The notes beneath the pieces were generated by a model. It saw nothing but the letters and a program-made list of their open reading frames with translations, had not been told where the DNA came from and ran no database searches. From the NCBI RefSeq assembly GCF_965219815.1, contig NZ_OZ244791.1:3500491-3564490 (forward strand): a stretch of DNA of 64,000 nt, written 5' to 3'. Origin of the DNA: Candidatus Poriferisocius sp. Its GTDB lineage: Bacteria > Actinomycetota > Acidimicrobiia > Acidimicrobiales > Bin134. This document shows positions 17,218 through 27,744 of the stretch, in pieces; the stretch's first letter is position 1; each line of letters starts with the position of its first letter. A program made the position numbers and the translations under genes.

Positions 17218-19884
17218 ATGCTGACCACGCTGGCCGTTGTCGTGAGCGTGGGCTTCACCGTGGGCGTGCTGGTGACTACCTCGGGGCTTCGCTCCACATT
17301 CGACAACCTCTCGGCGGACATCTTCCAGGGCGTTGATCTGTCGGTGCGCCCCGAGCTGGTGTTCGGCGACAGGGGCGAAAGCGGAACGCTGGTCGACCCC
17401 GAGCTCCTCGATGACGTGCAGTCGGTGGACGGGGTGGCCGCCGCGGTGGGGACGGTGGTCGAATTCAACGTGATTCCCATCACCGCTGACGGCGAGGCAT
17501 TGGAGCTGTTCGGGCCACCCCAAATCGGCATCGGCTGGCCCTCAGACGACTCCCTCGGTGCCTTGGAAGTGTGGCCCGACGGCGTTAGCCGAGTCCCCAC
17601 CGGACCCGACGAGTTCGCCTTAGATGCCGACACCGCCAACGACAACGGCTTTGAGGTGGGCCAGCGCTATCGGGTGTCTACTCCCTCCGGCACCGAATCG
17701 TTCACGCTGGTCGGGCTCTTCCGCTACGGCAGCGGCGACAACGCCACCGCGGGCGCGCAGATGACGGCGTGGGATATCGAAACCGCCCGCCAGCTTTTGC
17801 ACAACGGAGGGGGTTTCGACAGCATCGACATCCGGCTGGAGCCCAACACCTCGCCGGAGGCGGCATCGGCGGCCGTCGCCACCGTGCTTGACGATGGCCT
17901 AGAGGTGGTGGCCAACGAAGATCTGGTGCAAGAGCAGGCCGACCTGTTCGACGAGTTCATCGGCTTCTTCGAGTACTTCATGTTGGGCTTCGCAGTGGTG
18001 ATCCTGGTGGTGTCGGCCTTCATCATCTACAACACCTTCACCATCCTGGTGAGCCAGCGCACCCGGGAGCTGGGGCTGCTGCGGGCCTTGGGGGCCAGTG
18101 GACGGCAGGTCACCGCCATCGTCGTCGGCGAGGCCATCGCCGTCGGAGTGGTGGCCAGCGCCGCCGGCCTCGGGTTGGGCGTGCTGATTTCCCTGGGCAT
18201 CCGAGCGTTGATCGCCAGCTTCGGCGCGGGCTTGCCCGACTCGCCCATCATCGTGGGCACCAACTCAATTCTCGCCGCGATCCTGGTGGGGGTGGGTGTG
18301 ACCGCGGTGTCGGCCATCTGGCCCGCCCTTCGAGCCCGCCGGGTAACACCGATGGCGGCGCTCACCGGGAACATGCCGCCCCGCCTCACCGAGGAGCGCC
18401 GGTCTACGGGGCTGGAGAAGCTGCTCACCGCCTCCAGCGTGATCTTGGTGGCGTTCGGAATCGTCTGGGAGACCGCGCTGGTCATCATCGTCACTGCACT
18501 TGCCGCCGCTGTGCTGGCCTTCGTCGGCGGCCGCAACCTGCCCCAGCCGGTGGGCCAGGCCCGAGTGCTGGTGTTGGGTTTGGCCATGCTCATAGTGGCC
18601 GTGGTCGGAGACTTCTCCACCAGTTCGCTTTTGGCCCTGCTGGGCATGAGCGCGCTGTTGGTGTTTGTGGGGATGAACCTAGTCAGCCCGGTATTTGCGG
18701 TACCGGTCTCCAGGGTCTTGGGATGGCTGCCGGCCAAGATCTCCGAGGTCAGTGGGCGGCTGGCTCGCCAAAATGCGGAACGCAGTCCCCGGCGAACGGC
18801 CAATACCGCCTCGGCGCTCATGATCAGTCTGGCTCTGGTGTCCATGGTCTCGGTGCTGGGCCAGTCGTTCAAGCAGACTCTCGAGGACACCTTGGACCGC
18901 TCGGTCAAGTCCGACTGGCTCATCTGCCCAGGAAACTGCGGTGACCCCACGGCAACGTTCAGCCCGCAAGCAGCCGGGAGCATCAGCGAGATGGACGAGG
19001 TTTCCTCCGTGCTGGCCTACCGGTACAAGTTCGAGGGCATCCGCTCCCCGATCGACGGCGATGTCGACGAAGTTGGGGCCGTTGATTTGGATGTCGTGCC
19101 CCTGCACTTCGACCTCGACGTGGTGGAGGGGACCTTTGCCGGTGCCGGCGCCGGCGATGTGGCCCTTCACACCGACCAGGCTGAGAACTTGTCGGTCGGC
19201 GTTGGCGATCCGGTGGAACTGGAGTTCTCCGACGGCCAGACGGCGACCTTTGAGGTGGCGGCCATCTTCGGCGACAACGCGGTGTTCGGCTCCTGGCTGA
19301 TCGACACCGCCGATTGGGATCGCTACCTCATCGCCCAGGAGGACGCCTTCATCTCCGCTCTCACCGCCCCGGGTTACACCGCAGACCAGGCCCGAGAGGC
19401 GCTCGAGCGGGTGACTCTGACCTACCCGCAGCTCAATGTGCGAGACCAGGTCGAGTTCCAGGAAACCCAGGAGAGCCAGATCGACACGTTCTTGGGGGTG
19501 GTCAACGCCTTCTTGGCCATCTCCCTGATCGTCGCCCTCATGGGGGTGGCCAACACGCTGGCCCTCTCAGTGTTCGAGCGGACCCGGGAACTGGGCCTGT
19601 TGCGAGCGGTGGGCATGTCCCGGCGCCAAGCCCGGCGGATGATCCGCTGGGAAGGGGGCATCGTGGCCGTGTTCGGCGGGCTCATGGGCATCACCGTCGG
19701 GGTGCTGTTCGGCTGGGCCACAGTGGAGATCATCCCCGACAACTTCGTCTCGTCGTTCTCCATACCGTGGGGCACGCTCTGGATCTACTTGGTGATCGTG
19801 GCCGTCGCCGGTCTGCTGGCCGCTTCGATACCCGCCCGTCGGGCCAGTCGCCTCAACGTGCTGGAAGCCATCTCCTACGAATAG
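17218..19884 (+). CDS. second ABC transporter permease, internally duplicated FtsX/MacB type (at least 888 aa)
   Basis: Paralog of the preceding gene (RTRELGLLRALGA and RTRELGLLRAVGM). The conserved N-terminal segment LIRYALKSIAGTRIRF is encoded upstream of ATG 17218, in frame and directly after the TAA of the previous gene, so the true start is probably non-canonical or upstream. Confidence 0.85.
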   Translation: MLTTLAVVVSVGFTVGVLVTTSGLRSTFDNLSADIFQGVDLSVRPELVFGDRGESGTLVDPELLDDVQSVDGVAAAVGTVVEFNVIPITADGEALELFGPPQIGIGWPSDDSLGALEVWPDGVSRVPTGPDEFALDADTANDNGFEVGQRYRVSTPSGTESFTLVGLFRYGSGDNATAGAQMTAWDIETARQLLHNGGGFDSIDIRLEPNTSPEAASAAVATVLDDGLEVVANEDLVQEQADLFDEFIGFFEYFMLGFAVVILVVSAFIIYNTFTILVSQRTRELGLLRALGASGRQVTAIVVGEAIAVGVVASAAGLGLGVLISLGIRALIASFGAGLPDSPIIVGTNSILAAILVGVGVTAVSAIWPALRARRVTPMAALTGNMPPRLTEERRSTGLEKLLTASSVILVAFGIVWETALVIIVTALAAAVLAFVGGRNLPQPVGQARVLVLGLAMLIVAVVGDFSTSSLLALLGMSALLVFVGMNLVSPVFAVPVSRVLGWLPAKISEVSGRLARQNAERSPRRTANTASALMISLALVSMVSVLGQSFKQTLEDTLDRSVKSDWLICPGNCGDPTATFSPQAAGSISEMDEVSSVLAYRYKFEGIRSPIDGDVDEVGAVDLDVVPLHFDLDVVEGTFAGAGAGDVALHTDQAENLSVGVGDPVELEFSDGQTATFEVAAIFGDNAVFGSWLIDTADWDRYLIAQEDAFISALTAPGYTADQAREALERVTLTYPQLNVRDQVEFQETQESQIDTFLGVVNAFLAISLIVALMGVANTLALSVFERTRELGLLRAVGMSRRQARRMIRWEGGIVAVFGGLMGITVGVLFGWATVEIIPDNFVSSFSIPWGTLWIYLVIVAVAGLLAASIPARRASRLNVLEAISYE

Positions 19885-19921
19885 TCGGCCAGCGGCCACC
19901 AAACACCCGGTTACGCTGCGG

Positions 19922-21469
19922 GTGATGCACGACACCGTCGAGTGGCAGGCGCTGAGCACTCACCGAGAGGCACTCCACGGCGTCCACCTGCGGGAATTGT
20001 TCGACGGCGATTCCAACCGGGGCGAGCGGCTTGTGGCCGAGACCGACGGCCTGCTGTTGGACTACTCCAAGAACCGCCTGACTGATGAGACGATGGAGTT
20101 GCTGGCCGCCCTGGCCGACAGGGCTGGGCTACGGCACCGAATTGAGGCCATGTTCAGTGGCGAGCCGGTGAACACCACCGAGTACCGCCCCGCCTGGCAC
20201 GTCGCCCTGCGCCAACCCAACCCGCCCCCTGAAGTCCGCGCTGAATTCGATCACATGGCGGAATTCGCGGCCGAGGCCCGCAGCGGCCGCTGGCAATCGG
20301 TGGTGAACATAGGCATCGGCGGGTCGGACCTGGGGCCGGCCATGGCCGCTGCGGCGCTGGGCGCCTTTGCCGACACTGATTTGGATGTGCGATTCCTGTC
20401 AAACATCGACGGTGCCCACTTCCGGGAGGTCACGCAGGGGCTGGACCCAGACCGGACCCTGTTCATCGTGGTGTCCAAGACGTTCACCACCACCGAAACT
20501 TTGACCAACGCCACCACTGCACGAGCCTGGGTCGCCGACGCGGTGGGCGCAGAGGCCGTCGGCAGCCACTTTGCCGCGGTCACCGCCAGCCCAAACAAGG
20601 CCCAAGACTTCGGTATCGACGCGAATGCCGTCTTCGCCATGTGGGACTGGGTGGGCGGCCGTTATTCACTGGCCTCAGCGGTGGGGCTCAGCCTTATGGC
20701 CGCCGTCGGGCCCGACGCCTTCGCCGACATGCTGGCCGGGATGCACCACATCGACGAGCACTTCCGCACCGCCCCGTGGGCCGAGAACCTCCCCGCCCTG
20801 CTGGGGCTCATCGGAATCTGGAACCGCAACTTCTGGGGTTGGCCCACTTATGCCGTGCTCCCCTATTCCCAGGAGCTGGCCCTGTTCCCCGCCTACATCC
20901 AACAGCTCGACATGGAGAGCAGCGGCAAGTCGGTACAAGCCGACGGCACCCCAGCGGCCACCGCCACCGGCCCGGTGGTGTGGGGCCAGCCGGGAACCAA
21001 CGGTCAACACGCCTTCCACCAACTGCTGCACCAGGGCACCGACATCGTCCCGGTGGACTTCATCGGCTTCTGCCGCTCGAACCACTCCCACATCGAGCAC
21101 CACGACCTGCTCATGTCCAACCTGTTCGCCCAGGCCGAGGCCCTGGCCTTCGGCGCCCCCGACGCTGGCAACCCCCACCAGCAGTTCTCAGGCAACCGGC
21201 CCAGCACCGTCCTTCTTGCCGACCAACTCACCCCCCGCACTCTGGGCCAGCTCGTGGCCCTCTACGAGCACAAGGTGTTCACTCAAGCCACCGTGTGGGG
21301 CATCAACCCCTTCGACCAATGGGGAGTCGAACTGGGCAAGACCCTGGCCACCAACATCGCCGCCGAACTCACCGGCGCAGCCCACCCCAACCCGGCCCGA
21401 GACTCCTCCACCCAATCCCTCATCAACCGCTACGTCAGCCGGGGGCCATCACGAGCCCAGAACAAGTGA
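19922..21469 (+). CDS. pgi: glucose-6-phosphate isomerase
   Basis: 515 aa with GIGGSDLGP, VVSKTFTTTET and GQHAFHQLLHQG motifs. Confidence 0.95.
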   Translation: MMHDTVEWQALSTHREALHGVHLRELFDGDSNRGERLVAETDGLLLDYSKNRLTDETMELLAALADRAGLRHRIEAMFSGEPVNTTEYRPAWHVALRQPNPPPEVRAEFDHMAEFAAEARSGRWQSVVNIGIGGSDLGPAMAAAALGAFADTDLDVRFLSNIDGAHFREVTQGLDPDRTLFIVVSKTFTTTETLTNATTARAWVADAVGAEAVGSHFAAVTASPNKAQDFGIDANAVFAMWDWVGGRYSLASAVGLSLMAAVGPDAFADMLAGMHHIDEHFRTAPWAENLPALLGLIGIWNRNFWGWPTYAVLPYSQELALFPAYIQQLDMESSGKSVQADGTPAATATGPVVWGQPGTNGQHAFHQLLHQGTDIVPVDFIGFCRSNHSHIEHHDLLMSNLFAQAEALAFGAPDAGNPHQQFSGNRPSTVLLADQLTPRTLGQLVALYEHKVFTQATVWGINPFDQWGVELGKTLATNIAAELTGAAHPNPARDSSTQSLINRYVSRGPSRAQNK

Positions 21470-21679
21470 ATAGCCCAAAAAGGTGTCTCGTGACGAAAGC
21501 TCGCCCTGCCTCACCCATTATGTGAAGAGCCAGAACCCATCAATACCTGGGCGATTTGCGGCAGAACCTGCAAAGGACAGCGAACTCTGTTGGGAAGCAG
21601 GCAACACTAGACAGGGCGGAACTGGTGTCATTGGTGGTGGGTAGAGTGCTGGGATGCTCGGGGCGATGTTGGGACCAGA

Positions 21680-24600
21680 ATGGCCGATCCTGACCAGCTG
21701 GTGAAGGGCGCCCGGGTGTGTTTGCCTGGGGACGATGATGTGATGACGCTGGTGCAGGTCACCCAGGGGGCGTTCTGGGAGATCGTCTATCGGGGTTCGG
21801 ACGGCAGCCTGGGCGAGGTCACACTACCTGAGGCTGAAGTACCAGAGATCAAGCTGATGTCATCGGCGGGACCGGTTCGCTTCAGCGGAGATCCCCGCCG
21901 GTTTCGGCTGGGAGTAGAGGCACTGCGGATCGAGAACATGTTTCGTCACGACATGGCGGCGTTGGCCGTGTCGAATATCTCGCCTCTGCCCCATCAGCTT
22001 GACGCGGTGTATGGGTCGCTCTTGCCGGAGCCGGTGCTGCGGTTCTTGTTGGCTGACGATCCAGGCGCTGGCAAGACCATCATGGCTGGGCTTTACATCA
22101 AGGAACTGATGCTGCGCCATGCCGCCGATCGGGTGTTGATCGTGACTCCGGCCAACCTGCGCCCGCAGTGGCAGCGTGAGCTGGCAGAGCGGTTCGACAT
22201 CCACTGCACTCAGTTCGACTCGGCAATGCTGCATGCCCATCCGACACAGAACCCTTGGGATCAGCACGATTTGGTGGTGGTGTCGCGGGATTTGCTCCGG
22301 CGAGAGGAGGTTATGGAGGGGTTTGCCAGCGCCGAGCGGGAGTGGGATTTGGCCATCATCGACGAGGCTCACGGGTTCACGCTCGATGTCGACAGCAAAG
22401 GTCTGATCAAAAAGCGCAGCGAGCGCTACAAGGCGGCTGAAGTGGTGGCCCGGAAGGCGCATCGACTGATCCTGTTGACGGCCACGCCGCATTCGGGCCG
22501 CAACGAGTCAATGTGGGGACTGCTTCGTTTGCTCGACCCGGACGCCTATGGCGACCGCTGCCCTTCAGGCGATGTGCCGCTGAATCCCCACCAGTACCGG
22601 AAGGTTGCCAAGGAAGAGATGGTGGACATGAGGGGCGAAGCTCTGTTCAAGCCCCGTCACCCGCACACGGTGGCCTACAGCCTCGCGGGCGCGGAACGGG
22701 ACTTGTATGAAGCGGTCACCAGCTTTGTGTCCACTGAACTGGCTCGCATCCGAGGCGAGAGCGGCCCACGGGTTGCCGGTTTTGCGCTCACTACCATGCA
22801 GCGGCGGCTGGCGTCGTCGCTCCGGGCCATCAAACGCACCTTGGAGCGCCGTGTCAATCGCTTGGAACAAGCGCTGGAAGACCCCGCGACCTATCTGCGG
22901 AACCGCCAGGAGTTCATCTCCGGCGTCTACGGCGAACAGCATCCCGACGAGTTGGGCGACCTCAACGAAGACGAGCGCTGGGAGATGGAAGAGAGGGCCC
23001 TCGAGGAGTGGTTACCGGGAACCATCACAGAGCTGGAGGAGGAGTTGACCGCATTGCGCCCCCTGCTCATCCAGGCCGAGGAGGCTGAGGCAGCGGGCAC
23101 GGAGGTGAAGCTGAACGAGTTGCTCGAAGTAGTGCGCCAAGAGGGCCTGAGCGACGATCCGTCGGTCAAGTTGCTGATCTTCACTGAGCACCGCGACACC
23201 CTCCACTATCTGGTGGAGAAGTTGTCGCCAGACTTCGATGTGGTTTCCATCCACGGTGGCATGAGGCTGGGAGACCGGATTGCCGCGGAAAGGGACTTTC
23301 GGGAACGGGCCCAGGTCATGGTGGCCACCGAGGCCGCCGGAGAGGGCATCAACCTCCAGTTCTGCCACCTGATGGTGAACTACGACATCCCGTGGAACCC
23401 GAACCGATTGGAACAGCGCATGGGCCGCATCCATCGCATCGGCCAGACCCGCGACGTGCATATCTATAACATGGTTGCCGCCAACACCCTTGAGGGTCAC
23501 GTGCTGGCCACCCTTCTCCAGAAGTTGGAGAACATGGGCCGAGTTCTCGGAGACAAGGTGTTCGACGTGATCGGGGAGACCTTTGCCGGATATCGCCTGG
23601 CAGAGTTGATCGAGCAGGTACTGGCCAAAGAAATCAGCCCAGACGACGCGGCCGAGAGCATCGGAGGAGACCAAGCCGATCCCGAGACGGAGGCGAGGTT
23701 CCGCGAGCTCACCAAAGAGGCGCTGGCGACCCGCTACCTGGATTGGCAATCACAAGCCGAAGCCGCTGCTCGAGCAGCGGAGCGACGACTCCCGCCCGGC
23801 TACATCGAGAAGTTCTTCACCGACGCAGTGGACTTCTTGGGCGGCAAAGTCGAAGATCGGCTCGACCCCGGCACCCTGCGAGTAACCCGCACACCCGACA
23901 AACTGGTAGCGGGGTCTCGGGCCGCTGGTGCAACCCGAGAGGTGTATCCGAGCTATGAGCGCATCACCTTCGACAAAGCAGTTCGCCTGCGGGCACACAC
24001 CAGCGGAGGCGAACACGCCGTCCCAGAGGCTGAACTATGCGGTCCCGGCCATCCCCTCTTCGATGCGGCGCTCAACACCGTGATCGTCCGCACCCGGGCC
24101 GATGTGGAGGCAGGCGCGGTGTTCGCCGCCCCCGACGTTGATGCGCCAACAGTCTTGTTCTTCCTCACCGGAGATTGTATGGACGGCACTGGCGAGATGG
24201 TCCACCGGGCATTTGCCACCGTTGCCGAACCGCAGGGCCAAGCTCTCAGGCCAAGCCGTGAACTGCTGTATGACATGTTCTTCCACGATGCTGAAGCACC
24301 CGAGGTGACTCTTTCTGATGTCGACAAGGTCGTGAACTGGGCGCGGCAACACGAGTTCGAGCCTCACTTCCAGCAAGCCAGCACCGAGCGGACTCGGGTC
24401 GTTCGAATCACCGAGGACTACCTCACCAAGGCATTCGCAGAGATAGCGGCCCGTCAACAAACCACTCTGCTTGACCTTGATGCAGAGGTCGAGCGCGGAG
24501 TGGCTGGCGCAGAGGGTCGCCGCCGACAAGCCGAGCTCGCAGCGGCAGAGACCACCGCGAAACGCGATGAGCGCCTAGACAAGACCAGGCGCTCTCGCAA

Positions 24601-25087
24601 TGTGAAGCGCGGCCCAGTGCGGATCATTGCTACCGCGTTGGTGGTTCCCAGCCTTACCGTGGGCGACGACCGTCCCATTGATACAACCGGCAAATTTTCT
24701 AGCCGTGAGATTGAGCAGATCGCCGTGAGGGAGGCGACGCGCTACGAAACCGATGTGCGCGGAGCAGACATTGTGAAGTCTTTTGAAGCGCAGAAGATCG
24801 GCTTCGACCTTCTTTCCTTGACGGGCATTGACCGGCGCTGCATCGAGGTGAAGGGCCGGGCCGGAGTGGGTGGAGTGGAACTGACCTGGTCGGAGTTTGC
24901 CAAGGCCCTTGAGTTGGGTGAGGACTATTGGCTGTACGTGGTGTTGGACTGCGCCACCCCCAACCCTCGCCTCTATAGGGTGCAGGATCCGGCCAAGGCC
25001 TTGGCCAGCGCTTGGTCGTCCAAACTCGATGTGCGTTATCGAGTTGCCCCCCAGCCGGTCATCGATGCCGCCGAGGCACAGCCATGA
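21680..25087 (+). CDS. SNF2-family helicase fused to a C-terminal DUF3883-like PD-(D/E)xK nuclease-fold domain (1135 aa)
   Basis: Helicase motif I LLADDPGAGKTIMAG, motif II IIDEAHGF, motif III LLTATPHSG and motif VI QRMGRIHRIGQTRDV. The C-terminus reads GFDLLSL...RCIEVKGRAG...DYWLYVV, a D...ExK pattern. Confidence 0.9.
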   Translation: MADPDQLVKGARVCLPGDDDVMTLVQVTQGAFWEIVYRGSDGSLGEVTLPEAEVPEIKLMSSAGPVRFSGDPRRFRLGVEALRIENMFRHDMAALAVSNISPLPHQLDAVYGSLLPEPVLRFLLADDPGAGKTIMAGLYIKELMLRHAADRVLIVTPANLRPQWQRELAERFDIHCTQFDSAMLHAHPTQNPWDQHDLVVVSRDLLRREEVMEGFASAEREWDLAIIDEAHGFTLDVDSKGLIKKRSERYKAAEVVARKAHRLILLTATPHSGRNESMWGLLRLLDPDAYGDRCPSGDVPLNPHQYRKVAKEEMVDMRGEALFKPRHPHTVAYSLAGAERDLYEAVTSFVSTELARIRGESGPRVAGFALTTMQRRLASSLRAIKRTLERRVNRLEQALEDPATYLRNRQEFISGVYGEQHPDELGDLNEDERWEMEERALEEWLPGTITELEEELTALRPLLIQAEEAEAAGTEVKLNELLEVVRQEGLSDDPSVKLLIFTEHRDTLHYLVEKLSPDFDVVSIHGGMRLGDRIAAERDFRERAQVMVATEAAGEGINLQFCHLMVNYDIPWNPNRLEQRMGRIHRIGQTRDVHIYNMVAANTLEGHVLATLLQKLENMGRVLGDKVFDVIGETFAGYRLAELIEQVLAKEISPDDAAESIGGDQADPETEARFRELTKEALATRYLDWQSQAEAAARAAERRLPPGYIEKFFTDAVDFLGGKVEDRLDPGTLRVTRTPDKLVAGSRAAGATREVYPSYERITFDKAVRLRAHTSGGEHAVPEAELCGPGHPLFDAALNTVIVRTRADVEAGAVFAAPDVDAPTVLFFLTGDCMDGTGEMVHRAFATVAEPQGQALRPSRELLYDMFFHDAEAPEVTLSDVDKVVNWARQHEFEPHFQQASTERTRVVRITEDYLTKAFAEIAARQQTTLLDLDAEVERGVAGAEGRRRQAELAAAETTAKRDERLDKTRRSRNVKRGPVRIIATALVVPSLTVGDDRPIDTTGKFSSREIEQIAVREATRYETDVRGADIVKSFEAQKIGFDLLSLTGIDRRCIEVKGRAGVGGVELTWSEFAKALELGEDYWLYVVLDCATPNPRLYRVQDPAKALASAWSSKLDVRYRVAPQPVIDAAEAQP

Positions 25088-27732
25088 CCCGTCGGAAACT
25101 GATCGAGGCGGCGCTCCCGCTGGCTGCGATCAACCACGCATCGGTCACCGACAAGCGCACTCATGACGGACATATCTCCACTCTGCACACCTGGTGGGCT
25201 CGGCGTCCGCTGCCCATGGCCCGGGCAATGGCGGCAGCCGCACTGATCGAAGAGGGAGCGGACGCCAGCGAAGTGCTGTCCAAGATCGGCGACGCGATGC
25301 CGCCCAAGAGACTGCTCTACAACGATGCGGTGGGTTGGCTCAAGAAGCGAATCCGGCAAGACCATTTGCAGCCGCCGAAGGTGCTCGACTGTTTTGCGGG
25401 CGGGGGCGCCATTCCATTGGAGGCCATGCGACTGGGCTGTGACACCACAGCCATGGACCTGAACCCGGTTGCCCATCTGGTGGAGCTGGCCTCTCTTGAC
25501 TATCCCCAGCGCTTCGGGGATACAGACCTGGACGGACGCAACACCCTGGTGGTGGACGTTGAGCGATGGGCGGGGTGGGTGGCCTACAAAACCGAAAAAG
25601 CTGTGGCCCATCTCTATCCCGCCGCCGAAAGCCGCCCGCCGGTGCCCTACTACTTCTGGGTGCGGACCATGCCCAGTCCCGATCCGGGCCGGGAGGTCGA
25701 GATTCCGATTCTCAGCTCTCGGCTCTTGGCTGAGGGGCGTCGCCACGCGTGGGTGACTACCTCGGTGACGCCGGACGGCGTGGACATTGAAGTCCATCAG
25801 GGCGAGCTTCCCGACGACCCGACCCTCAAAGACGGATTCGAGTCGGCAGGAAGCGTTACCTGCCCGATTTCGGCGGTCACCGCTCCCCAGCGCGACGTGA
25901 AGGCCCACGGGACAGCCCACGGTTTCGGTTATCGGCTGTACGCCGTCTGCGACGTTGACGGGCGAGAGCGCACCTACCGCGCACCGACTCCGGTTGAGTC
26001 GGAGGCTCCTGTGTTGGCGGCCGACGAACTTCCTGCCCTGGTCGACGACGAGTTCGACGACGGAACGGCTCGCCTGCCCGATGAACAGGTAGACGAGATC
26101 GGCTACAACAATTTGCAGTTCTTGCCCTATGGCTATCGCACGTGGCGATCGCTGTTCACCGACCGGCAACTGGTGCTCTATGCGACGCTGAGCGCCAACA
26201 TCCGCGCCGCCCATGAGTCGATGCTGGCCGAGGGCATGGCTGCGGACCGGGCCCGGGCGGTGGCCACCTACCTTGCTTTCGCGCTCGACAAGGTGGCGGA
26301 TCGGAACTCGGCGTTCTCCAGTTGGCAGACCGGCGGCGAGAAGATACGAGCGACGTTCACTGGCCAAACGGTGCAGATGCGCTGGGACTTCTGCGAGAAC
26401 TATCCGTTCCGCACCGGGTCTGGTTCTTGGAACGACGCGGTGACGGCAATCGGCAAGGTGATCGAGCACTGCTCACAGACCGGGGAAACCCCGGCGCGGG
26501 TGCTGCGGGGCGACGCCCGGGCCATGCCATTCGCTGATGGTGAGTTTGATGCCGTCCTCATCGATCCGCCCTACTACTTCTCGGTCATGTACTCCGATCT
26601 GTCGGACTTCTTCTATGTGTGGCTCAAGCGGTCGGTCGGCCACCTGTACCCCGAGCACTTCGCCACCCCGTGGACCCCCAAGGCTCAAGAGGTTGTGCAG
26701 AACCGCTGTCGCCCCAGCATGGGGGGCTACATCTCCGAGGAGGAGTTCGACCGGCGGCTGGCCGACGCGTTGTCGGAAGTGGCCCGGGTGGTCAAGCCCG
26801 ACGGGGTGGTCGCTCTGGTGTTCGCCCATACTGCGGTCAAGGCGTGGGAGAAGTTGCTGCGCGCGCTGCGAATCGCGGGCTTGAGCGTTACCACCTCGTG
26901 GCCTATCCGCTCGGAGATGGCTGGCCGGCCAGTCGCCCATGTCAAGGCGACCTTGGCTAGCTCGGTGGTGCTGGTGTGCCGGCCCAACAATGAGGCCGGC
27001 GATGCGTTCTACGACGAAGTAGAGGCCGAGCTGAATCGGGTGGTCGGTCAGCGGTTGAATGAGTTCGAGGACTTGGGGTTGCGGGGCGCGGATTACTTCG
27101 TGTCGGCCATCGGCCCAGCCTTCGAGGTATTCGCCAGCCACCGCTCGGTCACCCGACTGGATGGGACTGAGGTGTCCATTGGCGATCTCATGGAACTGGC
27201 CCGCAAGGCTGTTGCCCGCCACGCGATGGGACGTCTGCTCGCGGCCGATACGCTCGGCGTGCTTGACGACCGATCCCTGCTCTACGTCACCTGGCGATGG
27301 GCATACCTGACGGTGCCCGTCCCCGCCGATGAGGCCATCAAGCTCTCCCGGGCATTCTCGGTAAGCCTTGACGATGTGACCATGCCCGGCGGGATGGTCA
27401 GCCGCAAGGGCAAGAACTTCTCACTGCTCGGCCCCCACGAGCGCCCCGACGTTCGGCTGCGGCCCGACAGCCCGTTGATCGACGTTCTGCATGTGGCCTC
27501 GCAGCTTTGGGATGCGGGCCGGGCCAACGAAGTGATTGAAGTGCTTGCTGCCTCGGGGTGTGGGACCATGCCCGGGTTCTGGGATGTAGCCCGTGCTTTG
27601 GCAGAAGTGCTTCCTGAAGGGCAACGGGAGCGCACCATGTACCAAGCGCTCGCCACGTCACAGCAGCGTCTGGCCGAGGCGGCGGCAAAGCAGCCGGCAA
27701 CAAGCTATGAAGAACTCCAGCTTTCCTTCTGA
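25084..27732 (+). CDS. DUF1156-type DNA methyltransferase (N6-adenine/N4-cytosine class, DPPY motif)
   Basis: The N-terminus MTRRKLIEAALPLAAINHAS...LHTWWARRPL is the DUF1156 signature. SAM motif I is VLDCFAGGGAIPLEA and motif IV is VLIDPPYY. The ATG at 25084 overlaps the helicase stop as ATGA. Confidence 0.88.
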   Translation: MTRRKLIEAALPLAAINHASVTDKRTHDGHISTLHTWWARRPLPMARAMAAAALIEEGADASEVLSKIGDAMPPKRLLYNDAVGWLKKRIRQDHLQPPKVLDCFAGGGAIPLEAMRLGCDTTAMDLNPVAHLVELASLDYPQRFGDTDLDGRNTLVVDVERWAGWVAYKTEKAVAHLYPAAESRPPVPYYFWVRTMPSPDPGREVEIPILSSRLLAEGRRHAWVTTSVTPDGVDIEVHQGELPDDPTLKDGFESAGSVTCPISAVTAPQRDVKAHGTAHGFGYRLYAVCDVDGRERTYRAPTPVESEAPVLAADELPALVDDEFDDGTARLPDEQVDEIGYNNLQFLPYGYRTWRSLFTDRQLVLYATLSANIRAAHESMLAEGMAADRARAVATYLAFALDKVADRNSAFSSWQTGGEKIRATFTGQTVQMRWDFCENYPFRTGSGSWNDAVTAIGKVIEHCSQTGETPARVLRGDARAMPFADGEFDAVLIDPPYYFSVMYSDLSDFFYVWLKRSVGHLYPEHFATPWTPKAQEVVQNRCRPSMGGYISEEEFDRRLADALSEVARVVKPDGVVALVFAHTAVKAWEKLLRALRIAGLSVTTSWPIRSEMAGRPVAHVKATLASSVVLVCRPNNEAGDAFYDEVEAELNRVVGQRLNEFEDLGLRGADYFVSAIGPAFEVFASHRSVTRLDGTEVSIGDLMELARKAVARHAMGRLLAADTLGVLDDRSLLYVTWRWAYLTVPVPADEAIKLSRAFSVSLDDVTMPGGMVSRKGKNFSLLGPHERPDVRLRPDSPLIDVLHVASQLWDAGRANEVIEVLAASGCGTMPGFWDVARALAEVLPEGQRERTMYQALATSQQRLAEAAAKQPATSYEELQLSF

Positions 27733-27744
27733 TAGGCAGACCCC

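Noticed and set aside
25036-26469. A 477-aa minus-strand ORF antisense to the DUF1156 methylase.
   Set aside because: Same artefact as above. It has no recognisable motifs and an Arg/Gly/Pro-biased composition, while the sense strand has clear methylase motifs.
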